Positions 24,382 to 34,592 of a stretch of 45,101 nucleotides of DNA are shown here, in pieces. The first letter of the stretch is position 1. Every line of letters starts with the position of its first letter. The notes under the pieces are model-generated. The model was not told where the DNA came from. It searched no databases and was given only the letters and a program-made list of their open reading frames with translations. Source of the DNA: Octopus bimaculoides. Its lineage: Eukaryota. Location: contig NC_068982.1 in the NCBI RefSeq assembly GCF_001194135.2, positions 39,481,348 through 39,526,448 of the forward strand, given 5' to 3'. A program made the translations under genes and the position numbers.

Positions 24382-26284
24382 GCTACTACCACTGCTATTA
24401 TTATATTATAAATTCATCATCATTATTATCATTCACAATAATGCTATTACTTTTAATTTCGATAACTATTATATCAGCAAGCTGTAATATATGTTAAGTA
24501 TCAGTTAGTTTCTCTCACCCCGCCCACTTTTCTCTCTATGTTTTGTAATCTTTCTTAAAGAAAAAGAAACAAAAAGCAAAATTAATAGTGAAACGCAAGA
24601 ATATCAAACTAGTTAAGTATGTAAATCAATTCCAGCCATTTAGAATATATACATTGAGAATGTGGCCTGCAGATTTAACTTTTTGAGTTTGAATTGTTGA
24701 CATTGAGAAGAAAACAACTGAAAAATGATATATTTTATTAAAAATATAACGTTGGCCTTCACCATCGGTCGCACTAATTCAAGTATCTATTTGTCTACTT
24801 TAAATTAACGTTTATTCAGACTGTACGAAAGCCTGCTTTAACGTATTCTAAAACCACTGCTGCCTATATTCAACCAGCAAAAGTTTGAGCCTATATTTGC
24901 TTGCTTTTATGAAATCCCTGCAGGTTATGACGTAAGCACACAATAAGATGTTTTTTTCCCTTTTTTATCGACATTTTATGCATGCTATCCTTGATATTGT
25001 TGTACACATACTTCTATTGTATTGCCAGGCTACACGGTTGTCATAAAACAGCTAGTTCTTCTCACATACTACAGAGCCAGCTGATCATATCACATAGTGA
25101 AAAATGCTCACATACCAATCAACCAGTTACATATATGTCACACAGTAAGCTGTCCCTACATTAAACAGCCATTTGCGCAAGTATCACGTCTCTGGCTACT
25201 CAAATAACATATTGCAATGTTTTATCATTACCTTCTCTTCGAGCACATTGCTGGCAGTACACAAAACTCAATGCTAGCAGTTCGTATCTAATTCTATCGA
25301 TTCTATTCATAATATCCTGCCAGCTACTGCCATAAATTGTCGATAAGTTCCTAAACACTAAATGCCCAGGTATCTACACTATGAAACTACTTGCACATGC
25401 ATCTCACAATAAGCTGGTCACGATCTATGCAATGTATTAATCATATACTATAACATAATACGATCAGTTATTCATATAGTAAACAATATATCAATACATG
25501 CCATCAACACTTGTACTATAGAATATTTATTCACATTTTGCTATATACAACTAAATTACAGCTATACCGTATACATATGCACAATACATGCACACAAATA
25601 ACATTTGTATACATGCAACACAAGCAATACAAATACAAATATCACTGTCATCTACTGCTACACTGTCATCTGATGCTGTAGTGTCAGGTAGTGTGGTAGT
25701 TTTATAACTGAGTTCTTTACGAATTGTCCCGATACCTTGGCAACTATACGCTCCCTGCAGATGACCCAACTGTTCTGAAACCAAACAAAACTGTTTTATG
25801 TGAATTTTTTTTCAATTCTTTTACCACAATGATTGTTGTTCAATCTTTGAACAGAGGCTATTTCAACTTGCTTCCTTTTGTGATTTACTCCACAACTTTT
25901 GATAAACTGTTCTAAAGCAAGGAATCGAGGAATTTACTTTTATTTATCAATAAATAATTTTTATAAATTTGCGCCATTTTTCTTGTATTTATTCAATGAA
26001 AAATTAAATCGCTTTCAATTATTTCTCATATTTCATTTGAATCCGAAATGTGTTTATATGTGTAGTTATCGGCAAATATGCAAGAAGAAACAAAGCAGTG
26101 AGTGAACCAGGCATTTTAAAATTTTATGAAAACCTTTTTGAAATATCAGATGTATAAATTAAACCAACTGGTTGATAATCAGGAAACGCGAGTTCGATTT
26201 GACCAGGTTACTGCGATACTTTTTGTTTCTTTTATTTTTGTATAATTATGTATTTAATTTGATATGTTTCTCTCTATGTCTGTT

Positions 26285-26292
26285 TGTCTATC

Positions 26293-26336
<44 letters not shown>

Positions 26337-26341
26337 AGTCA

Positions 26342-26408
<67 letters not shown>

Positions 26409-26415
26409 CATCTAT
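26285..26415. repeat. (TATC)n-(TGTC)n-(TATC)n compound tetranucleotide repeat
   Basis: Direct inspection of the sequence. Confidence 0.95.
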
Positions 26416-27091
26416 CTTTTCATACATGCATATATACGTACAAATGCAGAAATGCATGTATATATGAATGTACAGATAGGAGAATGAATTACCGGAATGG
26501 ATGGATGACTATAAGTAATGGCAGTACGTAGTCAATACTATTGGAGATCATTAGCGACAAAATCTGTGTAATACATACAAAAACTATTCAACATTGCATA
26601 TGAATTAGTATTAACAATTCTTTTCCTCTTTCATATTAGCTATAGTTTTTATCTGTTGGCATGTGTGAATGTGTGTGTGTGTATGTGTGTGTGTATGAGT
26701 GTGTGTATGTGTGTGTGTGTTTGTGTGTGCGTGTATCCAACTTAGCGCAGATGCTTTGTTAGAACACTGAATATGCGATTTTCGCCTTGAGAGTATCTCT
26801 CATGAAGGTATGCTTCTTAAAAAAAACATATTTATATGGTTGGCAGCCGAGAATTGTCTGAATTGAAATCATGTGATTTCGACGTACTGTATCTCTTCAG
26901 TGACAGATGTCCGCTCGCTGCATACCAGCTGCATCACATTGCCAACGGTATATAGAATTACAATGACTTTTCAGGCACCGATGTCGCAAGTAGCCGACAG
27001 GCTTAGTAAAAAATAATTAATAGCGACAGAAGCAGTATTGATAACAAAAGGTAATTTTATACGCAACTGAAGAGTGATATAAGCATATATA

Positions 27092-27240
27092 AGGCATGAC
27101 CGTATAGTTAGGTAGTGCATTTCCTTAACACTCAATTTTGGGTTCAGTCTAACTACGTAGTACCTTGGGCAAGTATCTCCTACTATAGCCCCGCGCCGAA
27201 GAATACCATGTAAGTAAATTTGGGAAGTAGAAACTAAATC
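27092..27240 (+). mobile_element. tRNA-derived SINE, family A (CORE-like accttgggcaagt motif), old copy
   Basis: gggttcagtct (B-box-like), then taccttgggcaagtatctcctactatagccccg, ending in a (TG)/(TA) tail. It is homologous to the copies at 29.7, 30.6, 38.5 and 38.8 kb. Confidence 0.75.
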
Positions 27241-27305
<65 letters not shown>

Positions 27306-27310
27306 GTGTG

Positions 27311-27355
<45 letters not shown>

Positions 27356-27936
27356 GCAGTCATTACATCAATTTAAATGCAATACCATCTTTGGCTGCAT
27401 AAATAAATAAATGAAGTTTTAACCAGTAGGACACATTAATATAATTTTTCTTAAATATTGCAGCAGAGCAAGAAGATGGAGGAAATTCATGTTATCGCTA
27501 TTATAGCTAACAATAGACTACAACTGCTAAGAATCGCATGGAGCATAATAGGGCCATAGGGTTGTATCGGTTGTAATTCATTTCTAATTCATTTATCTTT
27601 TTATCAACTACTAAATCTAAGACTAGAAGACTGTGCCTAATTTGAATAAAGGACCAGTGTGAGTTGACAGCTCATAGCTCAGTATGGTCATAAATATTAT
27701 CGTATGCATCCCTTTTCCCCAGAGAGGAAATAAGACATTAGAGTAGTCAGTTGGATATAAGTAACTGTCTATAAAAAGAAGCAGGATAGGGTAGACTTTA
27801 AATCATGATGTTAATTACCAGTTAAGACACTAAGAAACCTAAGATTTTAATACAGAGAAAATTTAATTTATCGCGACTATGGGAGAATGTCTATAAACAA
27901 TATTGTTATGTTGTATGAAAATAAAATTTAAAAATT

Positions 27937-27997
27937 CCAAAATGGATATCAGAACCAAAATGGATATCAGAACCAAAATGGATATCAGAACCAAAAT
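27937..27997. repeat. 18-bp minisatellite (CCAAAATGGATATCAGAA) x3.4
   Basis: Three identical units at 27937, 27955 and 27973, plus a partial CCAAAAT. Confidence 0.95.
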
Positions 27998-29136
27998 AGG
28001 TAAAAGGTGTGTATATATCAATTATAAACATTGAAAAGGAAGGTTGGTTGCATAGAATCAGTTTAATATCCATTCATGTACTTAGTTAATTACTTATTAG
28101 ATGGCTTCTGTAAAGACTGCTCAAGGTGTTTATATATGGAATAACTGGAAAGATATACATGCTATCTATTAATTTTAAGCCATGAATCAGAAAAGTGTAA
28201 AAATGCATACAGATACACACACACATATGTGTGCATATATGCATATATACACATACCCAAATATTTATACGCTTATATAGATAGAGTATAACCTACTCGC
28301 ATAGACTTAGGTAACTGAAAAATATCAATTTAAGAACAAGAAAAATAACAATGTATAAGTGATAAGAGGTTAATAAGTAAGGATATCAAAATAAGAAAAC
28401 AAAATAAGAATTTATAAAAAATAATAAGAAATACATATAATGTTACGGGTGTTATTGTATGTATGATTTTATAGTTTCTTGGAGGTATAAGATGTAGTCA
28501 AAAGGAGATTTAGTATACATAATATGATCAGTAGGGTAGAACATGATAGAAAGGAAAATAATGTAAACACCAAAATAGGATCAAGTCAGACTAAGTAGGC
28601 TGGGGTTATCACGGGATAGTATTATATATAGCACACCACATTCCACAACGCATAACATATAACCTATATAATGCAATATAATTCACCATATAACATAATA
28701 TACCATGCTTTTTTTTTTATATTTAATACTTGAACTTTATTGGTGGAAATAAATTTTGGTGTCGTATCCGTTGTAAACTTACCCTCCAGTATTAAGTACA
28801 TTTTTCTGTCGATAAGATGAGTGCACCTCCTTCAAATTTCTGTTTCTAGTTTTTTTTCTTTTTAATATTAATATTACCTGAATACAGCGTTAGATCATTG
28901 AGCAAAGTTGTGTGGGTAACATTAATTTTTCTCTTTTTCGTAGATCTTAATATCCACTTGTGGCATTTTCTTAATAAAACTGACAAAGAGTTCACTGCCA
29001 TAATGAACCGCGTTAGAATTCAACAAGTAACCTGGATTATTCTTGCCAGCTTTCAATGGCACTAAAACTAAAGATACATTACTTAGATAAATCGAGTTTT
29101 CTTTAATATAAACGATTGTCAGAACATTCAGTTGAT

Positions 29137-29490
29137 GTTTGTTTGCTTACTTCCTTCCTGTTTCATGCTTGATGGGGTCGCGGTCATCTCAGGTTACTGG
29201 TCCCAGGGACGTCATCATACGTAGACCCGACCAGGTCCATTTGTACCCTCCATGGCTAGCGGTTCCGCAGCAGCCCTTCTGCAGCCTCCAACGTGACGTT
29301 CAGCGTCGGGAGATCTTCCCCAATCACATCCAGCCCTCTGGTGCAGGGCCTGTCACGAGGGCTCTTCCAGCCTTCAGCTGCTGCGTCGAATGAGAATAAA
29401 GCTCTGGTAAGATGATCAAGCGGGAGACAAAGGACATGCGACGGATAGCAATGAGGGGGAAGTCTGAGGGATGATGCGTGCACTCACACA
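29137..29490 (-). mobile_element. RTE-clade LINE 3' end (5'-truncated)
   Basis: GC-rich island. Minus-strand translation reads SHVLCLPLDHLTRALFSFDAAAEGWKSPRDRPCTRGLDVIGEDLPTLNVTLEAAEGLLRNR*PWR, matching the RTE C-terminal pattern GHVxR...WKRPRGRP..RW...DR..WR. It ends in a short (CAAA) tail at 29150-29137. Confidence 0.8.
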
Positions 29491-29729
29491 GTTCTTTGAT
29501 ATTTATAGTTCATTGTGTTGGTGGTGCTTTTAAAGAGAAGCGTAGTCGTGGTGACAAAATGAGAGGAAAATCCAGCAGGTAGGTCATTGACATATCAACT
29601 CGATTAGCTGCGAAAGCATATTCTAGAACTGAAGGGAATTCGACAAACGAATATCCTTTTCTGCATTCAATGACATTTAAATAGATTTCTTAAAGTGGAT
29701 ATTTAGAAAAAAAAAAAAATAATAAATGT

Positions 29730-29912
29730 AGATGCAGATATGGCTACGTGGTTAGGAAGTTTGCAACTCAAACACGTGGTTTCGGTTTCGGGTTTTGTCC
29801 CACTGCGTCACAGCATGGTACCTTCTTCAAGTGTCTTCTGTTGTAGCGCTCGGTTGACTAATGTCTTATGAGTGGATTTTCAAGAAGGAAACTGTGTAAG
29901 CGCGTCGTATAT
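29730..29912 (+). mobile_element. SINE family A
   Basis: tggctacgtggttaggaagtttgc...gtcccactgcgtc...caagtgtcttctg...atgagtggatttt...gtcgtatatatg. Confidence 0.8.
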
Positions 29913-29959
29913 ATGTATATATACAGACACACACTTTTGTGTGTGTATTCTAATATTCT

Positions 29960-30145
29960 TTTTCTTATTTCAGTCGTTTCACTGTAGCCATGCTGGAGCA
30001 CCTCCTTACAGGGTTTTAGTCGAAGAATTCGACCCCAGAGCTTCTACTTTGTAAGCCTAGAACTTATTTTATCGGTGTCTTAGGCCGAACCACTAGGTTA
30101 CGGGGACAAATTCGGTTGTCAAGCGATGTTGGGGGTACTAACACA
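29960..30145 (-). mobile_element. SINE family E (3' part)
   Basis: tttcagtcgtttcactgtagccatgctggagcacc...ttagtcgaagaattcgacccc...gccgaaccactaggttacgggga...tcggttgtcaagcgatg. I recall this as an abundant octopus repeat; it is a single copy here. Confidence 0.65.
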
Positions 30146-30166
30146 GACACACACACACACACATAC

Positions 30167-30202
<36 letters not shown>

Positions 30203-30210
30203 GGGGAGAC

Positions 30211-30279
<69 letters not shown>

Positions 30280-30637
30280 CAGTTAAAAAACTAAGCTTCC
30301 ATGCATGTTGAATAATCGATGTTTAAGTAAAGCATCAACATTTGCCTTGATCCGAAATAACTATAATAGCGAGTGTGATAAACAAAGTCTATTTTAAAAT
30401 TACAGTGGTTAATAGTGAACTAGTTTCATACTTAATACACAAATTAAATAAATTAATTCTTTTTTTACATAATTTAATTTTAATTTGTTATATATTACAA
30501 TCTTCAGCAGTATACTCCCATATTTATGAAGAAATATGTACAACTTTAAAATATAATTACCTTTATTTACCCGTAGTAATTCGTAATTCAAGATACTCAA
30601 ATATTTTCAGAAATAGAGAGAAAGAAAAAATATATAT

Positions 30638-30737
30638 ATATACAACGGGCTTCTTTCAATTTCTTCTACAAAATCCACTCACAAGGCTCCGGTCGGCCGA
30701 GGTGTCACGCAGTGGGACTGAACCTAGATCCTCGCTT
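30638..30737 (-). mobile_element. SINE family A, internally deleted
   Basis: The reverse complement ggttcagtcccactgcgtgacacc|tcggccgacc...ccttgtgagtggatt...gaaagaagcccgttgtatata lacks the gggcaagtgtcttctactatagc block present in the other copies. Confidence 0.8.
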
Positions 30738-30879
30738 ACACCTATATGTATGTGTGTGTGTGCGTGGATATATGTATGTATCTGTATATATATGTATGAG
30801 CATACACCTTCATTAACACCACAATTTCTTAAAACTTTATATTTTATATTCAGTATTATGAGCTCTTATTTCTAGCACC

Positions 30880-31520
30880 ACTACAACCAGGCGAATCCAA
30901 AATCTCTCTTCACTTCCGCCTTTATAAGGCTTCTTTTAACTTGAGATCTTCATTATCTTTTACAACTGTTTTATTACCATAATTACCCCTTCCCTCCCAT
31001 GTCTGCGAACTCTGATCTCTCTTTGTCATTTGACATCTGCTATTCCTCATCCCTTTATCTATCTGTCTCTATATATATGCACCTCCTACCTAGCATGCCT
31101 CCACTATACTGACTAGTATACTTCTATTCTACTACATCCACCTGTCTGTCTTAACCTCCTGACTATACTAAATATTACTATTCTACCTTCATTCATTCTG
31201 TATTTAAAACTGGAACTGATAACTTCCACTATTTCTCACCATGGATTATCATTGTCATTCGAAACTGCAAGTGAATATTACCTATAACTGTATTTTTCAT
31301 TTGATCATGGATCTACATAAAACATTCCTATTTTACTCTGATCCTTTCTCCATTTATGACAAACTGGAACACACTAATATCATCGATTGGAGACTTCCCT
31401 AACTTTTACCACTCTTTAACTTCTCCCGCACTGGTGACGGTATACTCAGCCTATGAAACCTTTACTCAATATGATATTTCACACATTTGGCTTTTCTAGA
31501 AACAGCTGTCAGAGACTCTG
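30880..31520 (+). mobile_element. Penelope-like element 3' end, decayed, with hammerhead-like motif
   Basis: Weak GIY-YIG C-terminal-like peptide (ISLHFRL ... PPMSANSDLS), a C/T-rich trailer, then CTGGTGA...GAAACAGCTGTC at 31431-31510. Confidence 0.4.
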
Positions 31521-32244
31521 TATATCTATATTCTTTATTTAAATTAAATGTTTTTTTCAAGTGAGGCCAAAAATTTGCCTTTTGATTTTTACTTTAATCT
31601 TTATATATATGTACTACGATTCCACACTCTCTTTTCTTTCTTTCTCTCTATCCCTCTGTTATCCCCCATATTTTACTTCCCCTTCCTCTTTGTCTTTCTT
31701 TCGCTCTTTACTATCTTTCGTTCCTTCTCCATTTTCCACACTCCCTTCGTTTCTTTCCTTCATCCTCTCTTGTCCCCTTCCACTCTGCCTGTTGATCTCT
31801 ATAGGCCTTATTTCTCGTCTCTGTCTTTTCTGGACGCGACGTCCAACTAGCTGGACGTCATTTCTTTCTCTCGTCTCTCGACATTTTTTCTCTCGTCTCT
31901 CGACATTTTTTCTCTTCTACTATTTTCCTCTATTTATCTTATATCCTTTCAAAAATTATCCCCGGCGTTACCCATTACAATTCGTCTTGGCCTAACAACC
32001 CTTAATGTTTGTCTTCGTCGATTGTTTACTCTGAACATCTACTCTTTTGTTGTTTGTTCGTTCCAAAATTTTATATCTTTAAAATTTCCAGGTGCTGCTG
32101 TCGTATGAAGTCTTCCTATCTGGTCGTTAAAGGCACGAAATAGGGAGTAATAAACAGTCCGACAATTGATGAGCGAGTTATCTTCTTTTGGTATTTTGTC
32201 CTCGTGTGTTTACGTATTTTCACTCGTTGGTGACGTCCTGTACT

Positions 32245-32450
32245 TACCACCAGCATTGCACAAACGACCTCACAATTAGCTTCAAAATTCATCCAAGACC
32301 GGGACGACGAACCATACGTTCCCTACCCAATCCAGGATCACAACGCATAAATACACTGCAACACAATTTCTTTTCCTCAACCGTCCCTGCCCTATTTAAC
32401 ATTGTCCCGAAACAGATCAAAGCGGAAAAGGATCCCATTACCTTTAAACG
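32245..32450 (+). mobile_element. CR1/L2/Jockey-group LINE C-terminal remnant
   Basis: TISFKIHPRPGRRTIRSLPNPGSQRINTLQHNFFSSTVPALFNIVPKQIKAEKDPITFKR fits the LINE ORF2 end pattern ...F....P.LFN.LP..I......FK. Confidence 0.55.
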
Positions 32451-33026
32451 GAATGCCACCTATACTTGCATGCAACTCACTGAACAAGAACTCCCTATTC
32501 GAAAGGACCGTGATACCACAAAACTTGACTTAAAAAGGATTTAGCTGATGTCATCCACGGTTATGATACAATTATCACTGGGTCTACGGCAGGAATTCCG
32601 TGATGTTCGTTAAGTCAATAATGAATGAGTGAAACGGAACGTGGCTCTGTATCTGAATGTAAAATAAACACATATATATGCATATAAATATAAGCATATA
32701 TATCTGTAGGTGTATGTGTGCGAATACTTGTATATATGTGCTTGCTTGCCAACCACTGTTAAATATATGTATGAGTGTGTGTCTATGTGTACATGCAAAT
32801 ACTTGTGTATGTGTGAGCGTGTCTGCTAAGCCACCGCTTAATAGTTTGGCCCACTCATCCGTAACCGTCTATAGAATGGCTCCACAGTGGGGAACAAGAT
32901 CTTATTAATCAGTTTGATAAAATACGACCATCTTGGTTGTTTATGACAGAGACATTTCGCGCGCGCGTGCGTTTGTGTGTACGTCTATATATGTATTCAT
33001 GTCAACAAGTGTAAACTTTTCCCCCG

Positions 33027-33093
33027 TGCGCATGCGCAACATCTTTGGTTACCATGGAAACAGAGTTCTTCGCAATCAACTATGGAACACGTG
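33027..33093. promoter_or_regulatory. Cluster of NRF1, RFX X-box and E-box motifs
   Basis: TGCGCATGCGCA (33027-33038), GTTACCATGGAAAC (33048-33061) and CACGTG (33088-33093) lie within 67 bp of otherwise unique, CpG-enriched sequence. Confidence 0.5.
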
Positions 33094-33320
33094 GTGCTTC
33101 TTTGCTTAGTATGCTAACAGAACTTCACGGTGATGTGTAAAGTACTCGTTTCTGAAATAACCAAATTTTTGCAAATTGTAAAGGCTAATAAGTTTTTAAT
33201 TATGAATTCATTGGAAAAATGAATTTCATTTTCATAATTAATATTCAACACTTAATCCACTTATCAAATTTGAAAACGATTGGAACAAAATTGTAGACAA
33301 TGGCAATAAATGCAAAGATC

Positions 33321-33366
<46 letters not shown>

Positions 33367-34287
33367 NNNNNNNNNNNNNNNNNNNNNNNNNNNNNNNNNN
33401 NNNNNNNNNNNNNNNNNNNNNNNNNNNNNNNNNNNNNNNNNNNNNNNNNNNNNNNNNNNNNNNNNNNNNNNNNNNNNNNNNNNNNNNNNNNNNNNNNNNN
33501 NNNNNNNNNNNNNNNNNNNNNNNNNNNNNNNNNNNNNNNNNNNNNNNNNNNNNNNNNNNNNNNNNNNNNNNNNNNNNNNNNNNNNNNNNNNNNNNNNNNN
33601 NNNNNNNNNNNNNNNNNNNNNNNNNNNNNNNNNNNNNNNNNNNNNNNNNNNNNNNNNNNNNNNNNNNNNNNNNNNNNNNNNNNNNNNNNNNNNNNNNNNN
33701 NNNNNNNNNNNNNNNNNNNNNNNNNNNNNNNNNNNNNNNNNNNNNNNNNNNNNNNNNNNNNNNNNNNNNNNNNNNNNNNNNNNNNNNNNNNNNNNNNNNN
33801 NNNNNNNNNNNNNNNNNNNNNNNNNNNNNNNNNNNNNNNNNNNNNNNNNNNNNNNNNNNNNNNNNNNNNNNNNNNNNNNNNNNNNNNNNNNNNNNNNNNN
33901 NNNNNNNNNNNNNNNNNNNNNNNNNNNNNNNNNNNNNNNNNNNNNNNNNNNNNNNNNNNNNNNNNNNNNNNNNNNNNNNNNNNNNNNNNNNNNNNNNNNN
34001 NNNNNNNNNNNNNNNNNNNNNNNNNNNNNNNNNNNNNNNNNNNNNNNNNNNNNNNNNNNNNNNNNNNNNNNNNNNNNNNNNNNNNNNNNNNNNNNNNNNN
34101 NNNNNNNNNNNNNNNNNNNNNNNNNNNNNNNNNNNNNNNNNNNNNNNNNNNNNNNNNNNNNNNNNNNNNNNNNNNNNNNNNNNNNNNNNNNNNNNNNNNN
34201 NNNNNNNNNNNNNNNNNNNNNNNNNNNNNNNNNNNNNNNNNNNNNNNNNNNNNNNNNNNNNNNNNNNNNNNNNNNNNNNNNNNNNNN
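33367..34287. other. Assembly gap (largest). Other gaps: 2270-2279, 3432-3810, 18897-19111, 21901-22137, 24272-24314, 38001-38330, 39907-40767, 42552-42561, 43977-44207
   Basis: Runs of N, nearly all bordered by (TA)n or (CA)n. Confidence 1.
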
Positions 34288-34334
34288 GCCAACAACAACA
34301 AATTTTCTGATAGGCATACTTTACTAAGATGCCA

Positions 34335-34592
34335 TTGTTGTTGTTGTTGGCACTCCGTCGCTTACGACGTCGAGGGTTCCAGTTGATACGATCAACGGAA
34401 CAGCCTGCTCGTGAAATTAACGTGCAAGTGGCTGAGCACCCCACAGACACGTGTACCCTTAACGTAGTTCTCGGGGATATTCAGCGTGACACAGTGTGAA
34501 AAGGCTGGCCCTTTGAATTACAGGCACAACAGAAACAGGAAGTAATAGTGAGAGAAAGTTGTGGGGAAACAGTACAGCAGGGTTCACCACCG
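34335..34592 (-). mobile_element. SINE family C (tail type 2), lacking its head
   Basis: Highly similar to 39070-39300 (ttggcactccgtcgcttacgacgtcgagggttccag...ggttc(a/g)ccacc). It has a (TTG)n tail and switches into Tx1 endonuclease sequence at about 34590. Confidence 0.9.

Noticed and set aside
27655-27725. Third hammerhead-like arrangement on the minus strand (CTGGGGA ... AGCTGTC)
   Set aside because: Both core boxes are mutated (no GAAA) and there is no stem I complementarity, so it is indistinguishable from chance.
29137-29260. RTE 3' end (LVGSTY) as the source of the SINE C type-2 tail (LIGSTG)
   Set aside because: The similarity covers only a few codons and the terminal repeats differ (CAAA versus AAC), so it cannot be supported without consensus alignments.
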